Shown: positions 8,242 to 17,849 of the stretch, in pieces | Layout of the letters: every line of letters begins with the position of its first letter | How positions within the stretch are numbered: position 1 is the stretch's first letter | Source of the DNA: Candidatus Cloacimonadota bacterium | GTDB taxonomy: Bacteria > Cloacimonadota > Cloacimonadia > Cloacimonadales > Cloacimonadaceae | Direction: 5' to 3' | Assembly (NCBI GenBank): GCA_028683635.1 | Contig: JAQUHL010000001.1 | Coordinates: forward strand, 1-25,351 | DNA: 25,351 nt | Made by a program: the position numbers and the translations under genes | Notes under the pieces: generated by a model | The model's database searches: none | The model's input: the letters and a program-made list of their open reading frames with translations, nothing else | Told to the model about the DNA's origin: nothing

Positions 8242-11200
8242 TCAGATCTCAATTTTGAGATATCTGCTTTGGGAAGAGGGCGTGTATCCCTTTAGAGCCT
8301 CCAGCTTTCCAGCCAGTTCCAGATAGTTATTCAATTGGTCGGGGGAATGGATGCCACCGGTCTTAAAATCGATGATTTCGAAGATCTTGTTTTGGGTATC
8401 GAGCATGAGGCGATCGAGGCGATATTCTTTGTCCTGATACCAGAAAGAGAATTCGGTGAACACTTTGTTCCAGTGAGGTGCAAAAATATCCTGGGGTAGC
8501 AAGGCTTGCAGGTCATCTGTAAACTTTCGGATCTGAGCTTCCGGAAGGATATAGGAATAGGCTGCCAGGCACTGGCGGTATGCAAATTCCCGCTCTTCGG
8601 GGTCGTTGTGTTTGAGGAAGGAAAGGTAGTGGTGGGCAAGCAGCCCTTTGAGCCGGGCTTTTTCCTCAGAGGCGCATTGTTGCCAGGAGCTTGCAGAGCT
8701 TTCAGGATCAAGCCGGATGCTTCTGGTTTTTCGCCAATCAGCAGGTTCGAGCCGGGGGGTGTCTTCGGTGTTTTTACCTGCTTCCGCCTGGGTTTGACCA
8801 GCATTCTGCCCAATCCCTCCAGTCTGGGAAAACTCCGGCAGGCCTTTCAGGCTTTCATAGTTCTGAAGGCAGTTCTGGCATACGAGCTTGGGGAAGCTGA
8901 GTTTGTCGGGTCCGAGCTCGGAAAAATAGGCTTCCCAATCCTTGGAGCTTTCAAAACAGAAAAAGATATGAAGCTTGGTTTTGGCACGGGTGAAGGCAAC
9001 GTAGAGGATATTGAGTTCTTCCAGATCCTCCTTGTCCTGGGCGAGGCGGGCAAGATGAGCAAAGCTGGAGGACTTAAGCAAGTGTTTGTAATTCAGGGTA
9101 ATGGCATAATCGGCGAGTGCTTCGAGGGTCTGGCCCTGGTATTCAATGAAGCTGCGCAGATAGCGGTCGTTGTCGCTATCCCGGCTGCTGAGATCATAGA
9201 AAACGAAGACTCTGTCATATTCAAGCCCCTTTGCCTTGTGGATGGTCTGCAGCTCAAGATTGGGAGTTGAGCTAAGGGAGCGTTGCCGCATGAATTCCTG
9301 TTTCTGGTTGTCTATCAGATATTTCAGAAAATCAGGAATCCTGGTTTTGCCGCTTTCCAGTTCGAAGGCTGCGGCGATCTCCAGGAAAGCAGAAAGATTC
9401 AGGTAGTCACGTTCCTTGAGGTTTCTATCAGCCAGGCAGGGTTCGATGAATTGGTTGAGTATTTCGGTCATGGTCATTCCAACAACGCTTTTGGCTTTGG
9501 TATAGAGTTCCTGGACGAGGGGCAGCATCGAGAAATCCGGGGGGCTCTTGGGAAGCTCATGAGTATCCGCAGCGTTTTGTTCAGGGATCCGGATCTGGCG
9601 GATAACTTGTTTTAAGGTTTTGGCATTGAGGAGGATATAATCCGAGCGCAGAATCTTTAAGAATTCCATCCAATCTCCGTAGGCCACGAAGGTTAGCCAG
9701 GAAACGAGAGGATGCACGAGGTCATGATCCAAAAGGCTGGCCGAGGGCTGGAAGATATTGGCCACGCCCTTTTCCTCGAGGAGCAATTGGATGATGCCCA
9801 ATTCCTTGGTTTTCCGGCAGAGGATGGCCTGGCTTTCTGCTTCCTTGTTCACGTGGGGAAGCACCATTTCGTTTACGAATTTCTCGAAGGCTGAGTCCTT
9901 GGAAGTTTGGATTTTGCCCCGGGTCTGGAAATTTTGGGAGCGCACTTCAAGCTCGGTCAATAAATCGAGTTTCATGCTTGCTACCGGCTGGTAATGCCAT
10001 TCAAGCTGTCTTTGGCTAAGCAGGTTTTGCAGGGCTTCGCCACCAAAGATACCGTTTATGAAGTCCATCAGACCTACTGAACTCCTCCAGGAGGAAGCGA
10101 GCGTTTCTGTGGAGAAGACCACTCTGCCGGCAAAGATCTTTTCCAGCTTGAGCAGGAGATCTCTTTCCCCTCCCCGCCAGCCGAAGATGGATTGCTTTTC
10201 GTCCCCCACCACAATGAAGCCGCCGAAGGGTTTGGTGCCTTCTCCGGAGAGGACTTCCTCGATTATGGGTTTGAGGATGTTGATTTGGATCAGCGAGGTA
10301 TCCTGGAACTCATCTAACAGGATGAACCTGCTGCGATGGGAGAGAAACTGGTAGAACTCGTTGGCGAGGGCTTCGTTTTCTGCCTTGAAGATGGGTGGGT
10401 TTTCGCTGAACAGGGCCTCGAAAGTGAACCAGGCTATATCATCGTAGGTCATATTTTTGTAACGATAGATCAGGCGGTCATATTCATCGAGGATGAGTTG
10501 CCAGATATCCCGGATTTCTCTCTGCTCGGGAATCTGGAAGGCAAAGATCAGATAATCCGCCAGGGCCTGGAGGAGGCCAGCATATAAATCTTCGAGCCCC
10601 TGGCAGAGATCGGGATAGCTTTTGGCACTGAACTTGTTCCTATCCCAAAATACGTCTTTATTGATGATGCTAAAGAAAGCCCTGCTGCGCCGGGGATTAT
10701 CCATCACCCTGAGCAGGCGTTCGGCAAATTCATCGAAATATTCCCCGCAGCCATCAAGGAAGTCACGTAGCGCCTTTTTAACCAGATCCCTGGGTTCCGG
10801 AAGGGTCTTGCTCGTTTTATTCGGAGTTTCAGCCCTGAGGCGCATCAGTTCCAATATTTGTTTTATGTATTGGATTACCTCCTGGCGCTTCATTTCGGTA
10901 ACTTTTGCAAGTTCGGCATCCGGAAGCGAAGCGAAATCTGCCAGAGTGCTTGCCTGAGTGCCTTTTCCAGGTGGGAAGCTGGCAATCATTCTATATAACC
11001 AGCGGGAATAGATCAGCGAGGCAAAAAAGGAATTGTAATCCTCCAAAGCGGGGCTGATCTTCCTGCGCAGCAAGCTCTTGAGGCTATCCTTGAGATTGGA
11101 TTGCATCAGATGTGCCAAAAGGAAGGGAAGGCGTTTCTGCACGGCCAAAAGATCGATCTCGAAGCTTTCGATGCTGCGCACGGGACGCACCATGTTTCTG

Positions 11201-11604
11201 AATATGGAACTGATATAGGAATCGATGGTCATCACCTGCATCAGATCTTTGTTGCGGGCCAGATCCTGCCTGGCACTGATCAGGATGTTATATTGCTCTT
11301 CTGTAAGCGTTTGGGAGCTGGATCCAAGCCCCAGGATCCGGTTCAAGTTCAGGGTAAGAGCCAGCTTATCCTTACTTGTTTGATCGTCCGTGGCATCAGT
11401 AATGAGAAGCTGCAAATGGCTCAGGATACGGTCCCGGATCTCGGCAGTGGCTTTCCTGGTGAACGTAAGCACCAGGATATTATCCAGCCTGAAATCCGGG
11501 TGTTTGTAATAGCGCAGGAGCAGGATCAGGTATTCGAGAGAGAGCCGGTAGGTCTTTCCGGTTCCGGCACTGGCAGTAATGATCTTGGCAAAGAGATTGG
11601 TCAT
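8242..11604 (-). CDS. addA: AddA/RecB-like UvrD helicase with C-terminal PD-(D/E)XK nuclease
   Basis: ASAGTGKT (Walker A), ILVLTFTRKATAEIRDRI, LLDEFQDTS, VGDEKQSIFGWRGG, QTIHKAKGLEYD, LYVAFTRAK, then RLDRL...IIDFKTG...QLNNY. ATGA overlap with the upstream AddB-like gene. Confidence 0.93.
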   Translation of the reverse strand: MTNLFAKIITASAGTGKTYRLSLEYLILLLRYYKHPDFRLDNILVLTFTRKATAEIRDRILSHLQLLITDATDDQTSKDKLALTLNLNRILGLGSSSQTLTEEQYNILISARQDLARNKDLMQVMTIDSYISSIFRNMVRPVRSIESFEIDLLAVQKRLPFLLAHLMQSNLKDSLKSLLRRKISPALEDYNSFFASLIYSRWLYRMIASFPPGKGTQASTLADFASLPDAELAKVTEMKRQEVIQYIKQILELMRLRAETPNKTSKTLPEPRDLVKKALRDFLDGCGEYFDEFAERLLRVMDNPRRSRAFFSIINKDVFWDRNKFSAKSYPDLCQGLEDLYAGLLQALADYLIFAFQIPEQREIRDIWQLILDEYDRLIYRYKNMTYDDIAWFTFEALFSENPPIFKAENEALANEFYQFLSHRSRFILLDEFQDTSLIQINILKPIIEEVLSGEGTKPFGGFIVVGDEKQSIFGWRGGERDLLLKLEKIFAGRVVFSTETLASSWRSSVGLMDFINGIFGGEALQNLLSQRQLEWHYQPVASMKLDLLTELEVRSQNFQTRGKIQTSKDSAFEKFVNEMVLPHVNKEAESQAILCRKTKELGIIQLLLEEKGVANIFQPSASLLDHDLVHPLVSWLTFVAYGDWMEFLKILRSDYILLNAKTLKQVIRQIRIPEQNAADTHELPKSPPDFSMLPLVQELYTKAKSVVGMTMTEILNQFIEPCLADRNLKERDYLNLSAFLEIAAAFELESGKTRIPDFLKYLIDNQKQEFMRQRSLSSTPNLELQTIHKAKGLEYDRVFVFYDLSSRDSDNDRYLRSFIEYQGQTLEALADYAITLNYKHLLKSSSFAHLARLAQDKEDLEELNILYVAFTRAKTKLHIFFCFESSKDWEAYFSELGPDKLSFPKLVCQNCLQNYESLKGLPEFSQTGGIGQNAGQTQAEAGKNTEDTPRLEPADWRKTRSIRLDPESSASSWQQCASEEKARLKGLLAHHYLSFLKHNDPEEREFAYRQCLAAYSYILPEAQIRKFTDDLQALLPQDIFAPHWNKVFTEFSFWYQDKEYRLDRLMLDTQNKIFEIIDFKTGGIHSPDQLNNYLELAGKLEALKGYTPSSQSRYLKIEI

Positions 11605-14552
11605 GCTTCCTCCTCAGTTTCGACTGGTCCAGAAGTGGCATCCAAACCCAGCATGGAATAGGAAAAGAGATCTGCCCGGGTGATCCGGATTTTATCGTTG
11701 CGGTTGGCAATAGTGCGGGGCAGGAGGAAGCCAAATCTGTGGATGAGTTCCAGTTGAGCAAGCAGTTTGGCAAGGAAAGCTTCCCGTTTTTTGGTGGTGA
11801 TGCCCTGGTTGCTTCCTTCCAGCTCAAAGATCTGGCAAAAACGGGAATCCAGTCGGGACTCAGCCTCTGGATCGTGCAGCAGAAAATATAGGTATTCATA
11901 GAAGATAAGCTGGTTTTCGTGGCCTTTACCAGTCTTGAAATCGATGATAAAGTAGTGTAGCGGAGAATTGATCCTCAGATCCGCCTTTCCCCGGATCATA
12001 AGCTTCACTCCAAGGGAGTTTTCCTGAGGGGGGATCAAGGTCTTGTAGGGTTTTTCTTCGTCTCTCAGGAGGTCTTTTTCGGGCAGAATCTCCAGTTGGC
12101 CGCTAAAACCAGGTTCCAGCGAGGGCAGGTACTCCGTGAAGACCCATTTCACACAGTCCACCAGGTTTTCTGCCATGATTTCCTTCAGGAACTCACGATT
12201 GTGGTTTTTGGGTATCTTATATTGCATCCTGGCTTCATTCAGCAGTTCCAGCAGCTTTTCTTCCAGGCTCTTGCTGTTAATCAGTTTGGAATCCCGAACC
12301 AGGCTATCCGGATGTGCTTCGAGGTAGATGGCAAATACTTTGGAGATGAACCGGTGTTGAAGCTCGCCAAAGAACTTCCTGGAGATCGCTTCTTCGGGAC
12401 AGATGCTCAGTTCCTGGATCCGGGAATAGCTGCTTAAGTACCAGACAAAGGGGTTTTTGAGAAACTGCTCGAGAGCATAGTAGGTGAGCTTCAGTTCTCC
12501 CTGGTTAGCAAAATCCTCTGCCGGATCACAGGGCAGGCTGAAAAACTCCCAGGGGCTATCCTTGCGAACCTTACACAGGCTCGTATCCTGCAGGCTGGAA
12601 GGCAAGCAGGAATCTCTGCCTCCAGCGCTCATCCGCTCCCGGGTGTAAAGCCCCATATACAAAGCTGAAAGGGGCAAAGGAGGCGAGAGAAGCTCATCTA
12701 TCTCAAGCAAACCCTGCTCTGCATAAAGCCTTAGTTCGCTAATGAAGGAACTGGGTTCGATCTCGCTTTCCACATCCCGGTAAGTATAGAGCACGGCTTC
12801 ACGGCTACAAAGCAGCGTTCGGAAGAAATAGTATCTTTCCCAGCGCCGGACATCCTCCCAGGTTTTGAGTCCCAACCTGCCTTTCTGGGTTTCGTTCAAA
12901 AGCCAGACCGCTTCCGCTTTGCCGGGAAGTTCACCTTCGACCAGATGCAAAAAAACCATCTTCCTTAAGTTCAAGTTTCTGCTATCCAGAAGATTGCTAA
13001 GCTGGTAAAGGGGTGGACCGGAAGCCGGGGAAGAGAAGCTAAAACTAAGGCTTTTCAGGTTTTGGGCACACAGACCGATGATGCCTGCGGCGATCTTTTG
13101 GGGTGGAAAGATCAGATCCCAGGAACGGACTATCCCCTGGTTTTCGGCCACGGCAAAGGAAGCCAGCCTGCGGTAAAGCATTGGGTAAAATTCCGTGCCC
13201 AGGAATATATCCTCCGGCACCAAAGCCTTGATCCTGATACCATCCTCCACATCGAGGAGCGAGATCAGATCCGAGATGGAAGCCAGATTCCGGCAACGTT
13301 TCAAAAGCCCGAAATATCGCGAAAGCAGATCCTTCAGCGGTGTATAGAGTTGGGCATCCTCCACCATATCCAGGAGCCTAAGCTCCAGATCCAGATAGAG
13401 ATAGTTTTCCTCGGTGAGTTTGGCCAGGAGCCTGGTTATCCTATCCCTGAGCCCACTATCTGAACCTGGCAAGAAGTAGGAAATGAACCACTCTTCGCAA
13501 CAGAGCTTCTGCAACCCGGCAAGGGGCAAGAGGAGTACCGGCGTGCTGCCAGCAGGACTTTCTTCGATTATGGACTCAAGCTGCGATTCCAGCGCCAGGA
13601 TAAACTGGTAGAGCGGTAATCTGGTTATGGCGATCCTGTCTGTGAGCCCCAGATCTGAGGGTTCGAACCATGCCTGGTAACCGCTTATCAGGAAGTGTTT
13701 GTCAAAGAGTACCGAGGGAGCTTCCGCGGCCTGATTCCGGGTGGCTTTGTCCTCGGGAAATCGGGCCAGAAAGCTAAGCAGCATGGCATCCCGGGAGGCT
13801 TTTTGATCGATGCTGAGCTTACGCAGCCTGTATCGCTTATCCTTGAGCAGGGAAGTCAGCTCCGGTTCCCTAACTTTAAGATTTTGGGTATCAAACCACT
13901 CCTTTTCACCCTGCAGGAGAATCACAATTCCCTTGCCCTGCTCTTCGAGGAAGGAGATCATGCTCTTTTCCAGAGAGGTATAATAATACTGGTTCACAAA
14001 TACGTAATTCGTATATAAGGGAAGAGGATGCAAGGCTTTTGCACCATGGGTAAAAATCCTGTCCTCAAAACCGAGGCCGCCGATAAACTCCCTGTAGCGC
14101 AAGCGGATGGCCAGAACCCTCTGGATGAATTCGATCTGCCAGCCCTGGGCAAAGAACTCAGCTCCGGCCTCAAGATCCTCCAAGCGTTTGAGATCAACTT
14201 CTTCCTCACAGAGTTCAGCAAAAAAGGAAAAGAAATTTCCTCCCCAGGGAATGAGATCGGCATATTCTTCCAGGTGAAAGATCGCTTTGTCCTCGGGTTC
14301 GAGAACCTGATAAAGGGCCAGAAGCCGCTTTTCATCCTGGATCAAGGGTTTATCCGGGGCCAGCATCATGGTTTTGAGATCCTCTATGGCCAGAAATTCC
14401 ACCTGGCAAAGCCCGGTAAGGGGATGGTAGCTCTGGTGCGCAAGCCTGGCTGATTGCCGCGTGGGATACACCATTATGGTACCGTCCTGTATATGCTTGA
14501 GGGATTGCTCCAGGATGTCTTCCCGGAAATCGTGGATAATAATCTTTCTCAT
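11601..14552 (-). CDS. addB: AddB-like subunit (inactive helicase scaffold plus C-terminal PD-(D/E)XK nuclease)
   Basis: ~980 aa, directly upstream of and overlapping addA by 4 nt. C-terminal GKADLRI...IIDFKTG...QLIFY, and no Walker A motif. The start is set at ATG 14552 (MRKIIIHDF, GAGGCGG upstream) rather than 14594. Confidence 0.82.
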   Translation of the reverse strand: MRKIIIHDFREDILEQSLKHIQDGTIMVYPTRQSARLAHQSYHPLTGLCQVEFLAIEDLKTMMLAPDKPLIQDEKRLLALYQVLEPEDKAIFHLEEYADLIPWGGNFFSFFAELCEEEVDLKRLEDLEAGAEFFAQGWQIEFIQRVLAIRLRYREFIGGLGFEDRIFTHGAKALHPLPLYTNYVFVNQYYYTSLEKSMISFLEEQGKGIVILLQGEKEWFDTQNLKVREPELTSLLKDKRYRLRKLSIDQKASRDAMLLSFLARFPEDKATRNQAAEAPSVLFDKHFLISGYQAWFEPSDLGLTDRIAITRLPLYQFILALESQLESIIEESPAGSTPVLLLPLAGLQKLCCEEWFISYFLPGSDSGLRDRITRLLAKLTEENYLYLDLELRLLDMVEDAQLYTPLKDLLSRYFGLLKRCRNLASISDLISLLDVEDGIRIKALVPEDIFLGTEFYPMLYRRLASFAVAENQGIVRSWDLIFPPQKIAAGIIGLCAQNLKSLSFSFSSPASGPPLYQLSNLLDSRNLNLRKMVFLHLVEGELPGKAEAVWLLNETQKGRLGLKTWEDVRRWERYYFFRTLLCSREAVLYTYRDVESEIEPSSFISELRLYAEQGLLEIDELLSPPLPLSALYMGLYTRERMSAGGRDSCLPSSLQDTSLCKVRKDSPWEFFSLPCDPAEDFANQGELKLTYYALEQFLKNPFVWYLSSYSRIQELSICPEEAISRKFFGELQHRFISKVFAIYLEAHPDSLVRDSKLINSKSLEEKLLELLNEARMQYKIPKNHNREFLKEIMAENLVDCVKWVFTEYLPSLEPGFSGQLEILPEKDLLRDEEKPYKTLIPPQENSLGVKLMIRGKADLRINSPLHYFIIDFKTGKGHENQLIFYEYLYFLLHDPEAESRLDSRFCQIFELEGSNQGITTKKREAFLAKLLAQLELIHRFGFLLPRTIANRNDKIRITRADLFSYSMLGLDATSGPVETEEEA

Positions 14553-14671
14553 TTTCCGCCTCGCAGTTTTGTTCCCGATCTGCATGTGTGGCATATTCAG
14601 AACCTGTGCCTATGTGTCAAGTCCGGCTTTGGATCAATTAGAGGGAAACAGCTCATGTTGCTTCAATGTAA

Positions 14672-14901
14672 AAGACCGTTGCACATCCCGAATTATCGAA
14701 ATACAGACTTCCGAATATGCTGGTTGTGAGGTATATTTTTGTATATCTATTCCCGCCCACCACCCTAAAGGAGTAGGGCTTCGCCCTACGACCCATTATT
14801 CAATGGTCTTTGGTTGTGAGGCATATTTTTGTAAATCTATTCCCGCCCACCACCCCAAAAGGAGTAGGGCTTCGCCCTTCAACCCATTATTCAATGCTCT
14901 G
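14672..14901 (+). mobile_element. MITE copy (14672-14810) with tandem duplication of its right half (14811-14901)
   Basis: AAGACCGTTGCA...TTCAATGGTCTT, then TGGTTGTGAGGC...TTCAATGCTCTG. Flanks are TGTAA (14667-71) and TGTAT (14902-06), an imperfect 5-bp target duplication. Confidence 0.8.
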
Positions 14902-15184
14902 TGTATATTCAATTTGCCTGGTTGGTCAACCCGAGTATTCGGGGTGAGATCAGCCATTTTGGCAAAGCCGGAACCCGTAGAGGTTTTTTGCAGGATATGA
15001 GGGAGGGAATGGTAGGAATATAGTGAAGCTTTTATTCTTGGGACGATTTGAAGAAAACACTGGACAGAATCCAAGGGCAAAGGAATTCGTTACCCTGCTT
15101 CCAGAACATACATATATCTGGTTCCATAGCATACACGAGGAGCGTGATTTGCACAAAATGAGGTAAACTGAAAATGGTGAAAGA

Positions 15185-16012
15185 ATGAGCTCAAAGGATT
15201 TGACATTCAGGAGAAAAGAAAGGAAATATATTATTCTGGAGCATGATTTCGAGGAGATAAACCAGGAGCTTCAAGCTCATATTCCAGTTTATCATTTCGA
15301 GGGCAGACCTGCCTTGGTAAACATCGAAACCACATATTTTGATACCGAAGATTTTTTGATCTATAATGAATATCTTGCCCGCAGCAAATTCCGCTTCAAA
15401 ATCCGGATGCGGCGCTATGGATATGAAGGTATCTTCGATCCACAGTATTTGGTTGAAATGAAGATCAATTCCAATTCTCTATCACACAAAAACCGGTTTA
15501 TCCTCCCAGGTGGATTATTTGATAGCTTTGTGGCTGGGGAGGATCTGCGGCCCGAGATCAAGGAAGCAAACCAGAGCCTGATCGGAGCTCAAAAGACCTA
15601 TCGCCTTATCTACAAGCTCCTCAAGATGAACCAGTTAGTACCGGTTTTACAAACTTCCTATTCGAGGATTGCCTATCAGAAGGGTTCCAAAAGGGTACGC
15701 GTAACAGTCGATACGGGCATCACCCACAAGAGTCTGATCGGCAAACCCAGGGAGGCCACTCTCGATGCCCTGGTATTGGAATCCAAGATCATGGGGAAAA
15801 CGCCCAAATGGCACCGGGAGATGGTGAATTCCCTATCGCTATTGAAGCAGCAGCGCTTTTCCAAGTTTGCCACCGGAATCAATTCCCTCTATTTTCCCAA
15901 GCGCGGTAAATACTATTTCTATCACGATGATAGTTCCACAGGGGGAGAGATGTCTTCCAGAATTGTGGAATCCTGTGAACTACTAAAAACTGCCCTGAGA
16001 CTGGGTGATTAA
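15185..16012 (+). CDS. VTC-domain (polyphosphate polymerase, CYTH/TTM tunnel fold) protein
   Basis: RKERKY, TTYFDT, KIRMRRY, EMK, YSRIAY, RVTVD, LESK and FSKF match the motif order of the Vtc4 catalytic domain and of bacterial VTC proteins. The adjacent DUF4956 gene is the usual partner. Confidence 0.88.
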   Translation: MSSKDLTFRRKERKYIILEHDFEEINQELQAHIPVYHFEGRPALVNIETTYFDTEDFLIYNEYLARSKFRFKIRMRRYGYEGIFDPQYLVEMKINSNSLSHKNRFILPGGLFDSFVAGEDLRPEIKEANQSLIGAQKTYRLIYKLLKMNQLVPVLQTSYSRIAYQKGSKRVRVTVDTGITHKSLIGKPREATLDALVLESKIMGKTPKWHREMVNSLSLLKQQRFSKFATGINSLYFPKRGKYYFYHDDSSTGGEMSSRIVESCELLKTALRLGD

Positions 16013-16030
16013 AGAACAAGCGGAGATAAC

Positions 16031-16546
16031 ATGCAGGAACTATATCAGATCATCAAGGATAGCGGTTCCGGAGGAGTAGTCCAATCCCCCCTGCAGATCG
16101 TGCTAAACCTTACCCTTTCCATGCTGTTGGGCTTTTTGTATGCCTATGTTTATAAACTGACCTATATCTGCAGGAAGAAAGACAAAGCAATGAAAGCGGA
16201 GATGGAAAACATCAAATATACTCTGCTGCTTTTGTGCATTGGCGGAGCTTTTATCTGGATCGTGGTGGCAGATAACCTGGTGAGGGCCTTTGGTTTGGCA
16301 GGTGCCTTGAGCCTGATCCGCTTCCGGACTGAGGTGCGGGACCCTTCCAATACAATAAAAGTATTCTTTGCCATCATAATCGGAATGTCCTGCGGGCTGA
16401 GCCAATACTCAGCCGCCATTCTCGGTACCGTTTTCATGTGTTTTGTGCTGACCCTGATCTATCTGATCAACGAGCATAGCCGCAAGCGCAGGAAAGCAAA
16501 CAATGATGAAGAACTTGCTGAATTGGACAAATACTTTGAAGATTAG
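16031..16546 (+). CDS. DUF4956-family membrane protein (about 4 TM, short form)
   Basis: Signature DNLVRAFGLAGALSLIRFRT plus IGMSCG, and four hydrophobic segments. RBS GGAG 6 nt before the ATG; 18 nt downstream of the VTC gene. Confidence 0.85.
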   Translation: MQELYQIIKDSGSGGVVQSPLQIVLNLTLSMLLGFLYAYVYKLTYICRKKDKAMKAEMENIKYTLLLLCIGGAFIWIVVADNLVRAFGLAGALSLIRFRTEVRDPSNTIKVFFAIIIGMSCGLSQYSAAILGTVFMCFVLTLIYLINEHSRKRRKANNDEELAELDKYFED

Positions 16547-17849
16547 GCTGAGCATTCTGTTTTTACTTGTCCTCGGAGGTCTTGGAGCTCAAAGCACCGA
16601 ACTCAGCAGCCTGATGGATTCACTCCTGAAGACCAATACCGAATACCAAAAAGCGCTCAGCCGCTATGAAAGCAAGAAAGCAGTCTCCCTGATCGAAAGA
16701 TCGCTCACCTGGTTTGATATAAATTTTATCTATAAACAATACGAGAACCGCTTCTCCCGGGATGAAATAGAGGATGATACCGAACACTCCAGGGTGCTTG
16801 AAAGGGACAAACGCTGGCGCATTGAACTGGATAAAAACCTCTTCCCCAAAGATTACGACCATGTGAGTGATGCCATCGAAACCAAACTGGCCCTGCTGCG
16901 CTATAAACAAGAACTTAAAATTGCTTATACAGAAAACGCTTTCCTCATTCTGGACGAACTGATTCTCTGGTATGAAGCCGAGAGCATGGCAAAGCTTCTG
17001 CAATCCAGGCTGGATGCCATGTATCAGCAGCAGGAGATATTGGAGGAACTGGACGCAAAAAACCTGATCGATACGGATCTGCTGATCGAAAACCTGGAAC
17101 TGATCGACGATAAGGAACAAAGCCTCAATGAATATCAGAAACTTGCCCTGATCTATAATCGCAAGTATCCGGATATGCTGTTACCCTTCACTGAAGCCAT
17201 GCTGAAATACATCTCAGAAGCCCCGCCTCCGGATACTCTTGCTTTCTGCCAACAGATCGAAAGGGAAAGAGACGCTCTGAACAAGGAGAGTGGAAAACTC
17301 TCGAAAAAGATCAAGGCAAGTTATCTGCACTACTTTATGCCGGAGCTTGATCTCACACTATCATATAACTGGCGGGAAACCAGACAGGATTGGGATATCG
17401 AGAAATCCGGAATATCTAAGACTTCAGACCGCAATCAGGACGAGGCTTTCCCTGAGGGAGAAATCCGGCTTTCCCTGCCCTTTGATCTATACTCTGCTGC
17501 CAAAGGCAAACGCTCCCTGCTCAAAGCCTATGAACGGGAGCTTGATTACCAGGCAGGCGATTTACTCTATGCCTGGCAGAAACTTTCCATGAACCGCATC
17601 CATTCCTACTACCGGGCAATTGAGACCTTAAGCCGCAAAACCCGTCTTCTGCAGCTATACAACAAAGAGCTTAGCCAAAGCCTGGAAAGGCTGGAAACGG
17701 AAACCGACCTGAAGAGCGGTAATCAGGAAACAAAGCTAAGGCAGCTTTCCCTGAAAGCTGCAGAGGCAGAGCTAAAGCTAACTATTGCAAAAATGAAGCT
17801 ATACAAAGAGGTATTCCTCATCAATACCCTTGGTCAGGATCTGAAATGA
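16536..17849 (+). CDS. TolC/OEP-like outer-membrane channel protein (divergent)
   Basis: Signal peptide (LKIRLSILFLLVLGGLGAQ; TTG 16536 preferred, ATG 16503 possible). Long helical segments alternate with OEP-type strands (FMPELDLTLSY, IRLSLPFD), and the C-terminus is LINTLG. It overlaps both neighbours. Confidence 0.68.
   Translation: MKIRLSILFLLVLGGLGAQSTELSSLMDSLLKTNTEYQKALSRYESKKAVSLIERSLTWFDINFIYKQYENRFSRDEIEDDTEHSRVLERDKRWRIELDKNLFPKDYDHVSDAIETKLALLRYKQELKIAYTENAFLILDELILWYEAESMAKLLQSRLDAMYQQQEILEELDAKNLIDTDLLIENLELIDDKEQSLNEYQKLALIYNRKYPDMLLPFTEAMLKYISEAPPPDTLAFCQQIERERDALNKESGKLSKKIKASYLHYFMPELDLTLSYNWRETRQDWDIEKSGISKTSDRNQDEAFPEGEIRLSLPFDLYSAAKGKRSLLKAYERELDYQAGDLLYAWQKLSMNRIHSYYRAIETLSRKTRLLQLYNKELSQSLERLETETDLKSGNQETKLRQLSLKAAEAELKLTIAKMKLYKEVFLINTLGQDLK

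Noticed and set aside
14590-14620. TTGACA on the minus strand upstream of addB as a sigma70 promoter
   Set aside because: There is no acceptable -10 hexamer at 16-18 bp spacing. The TTGACA ends of the 101-bp palindrome fail the same test.
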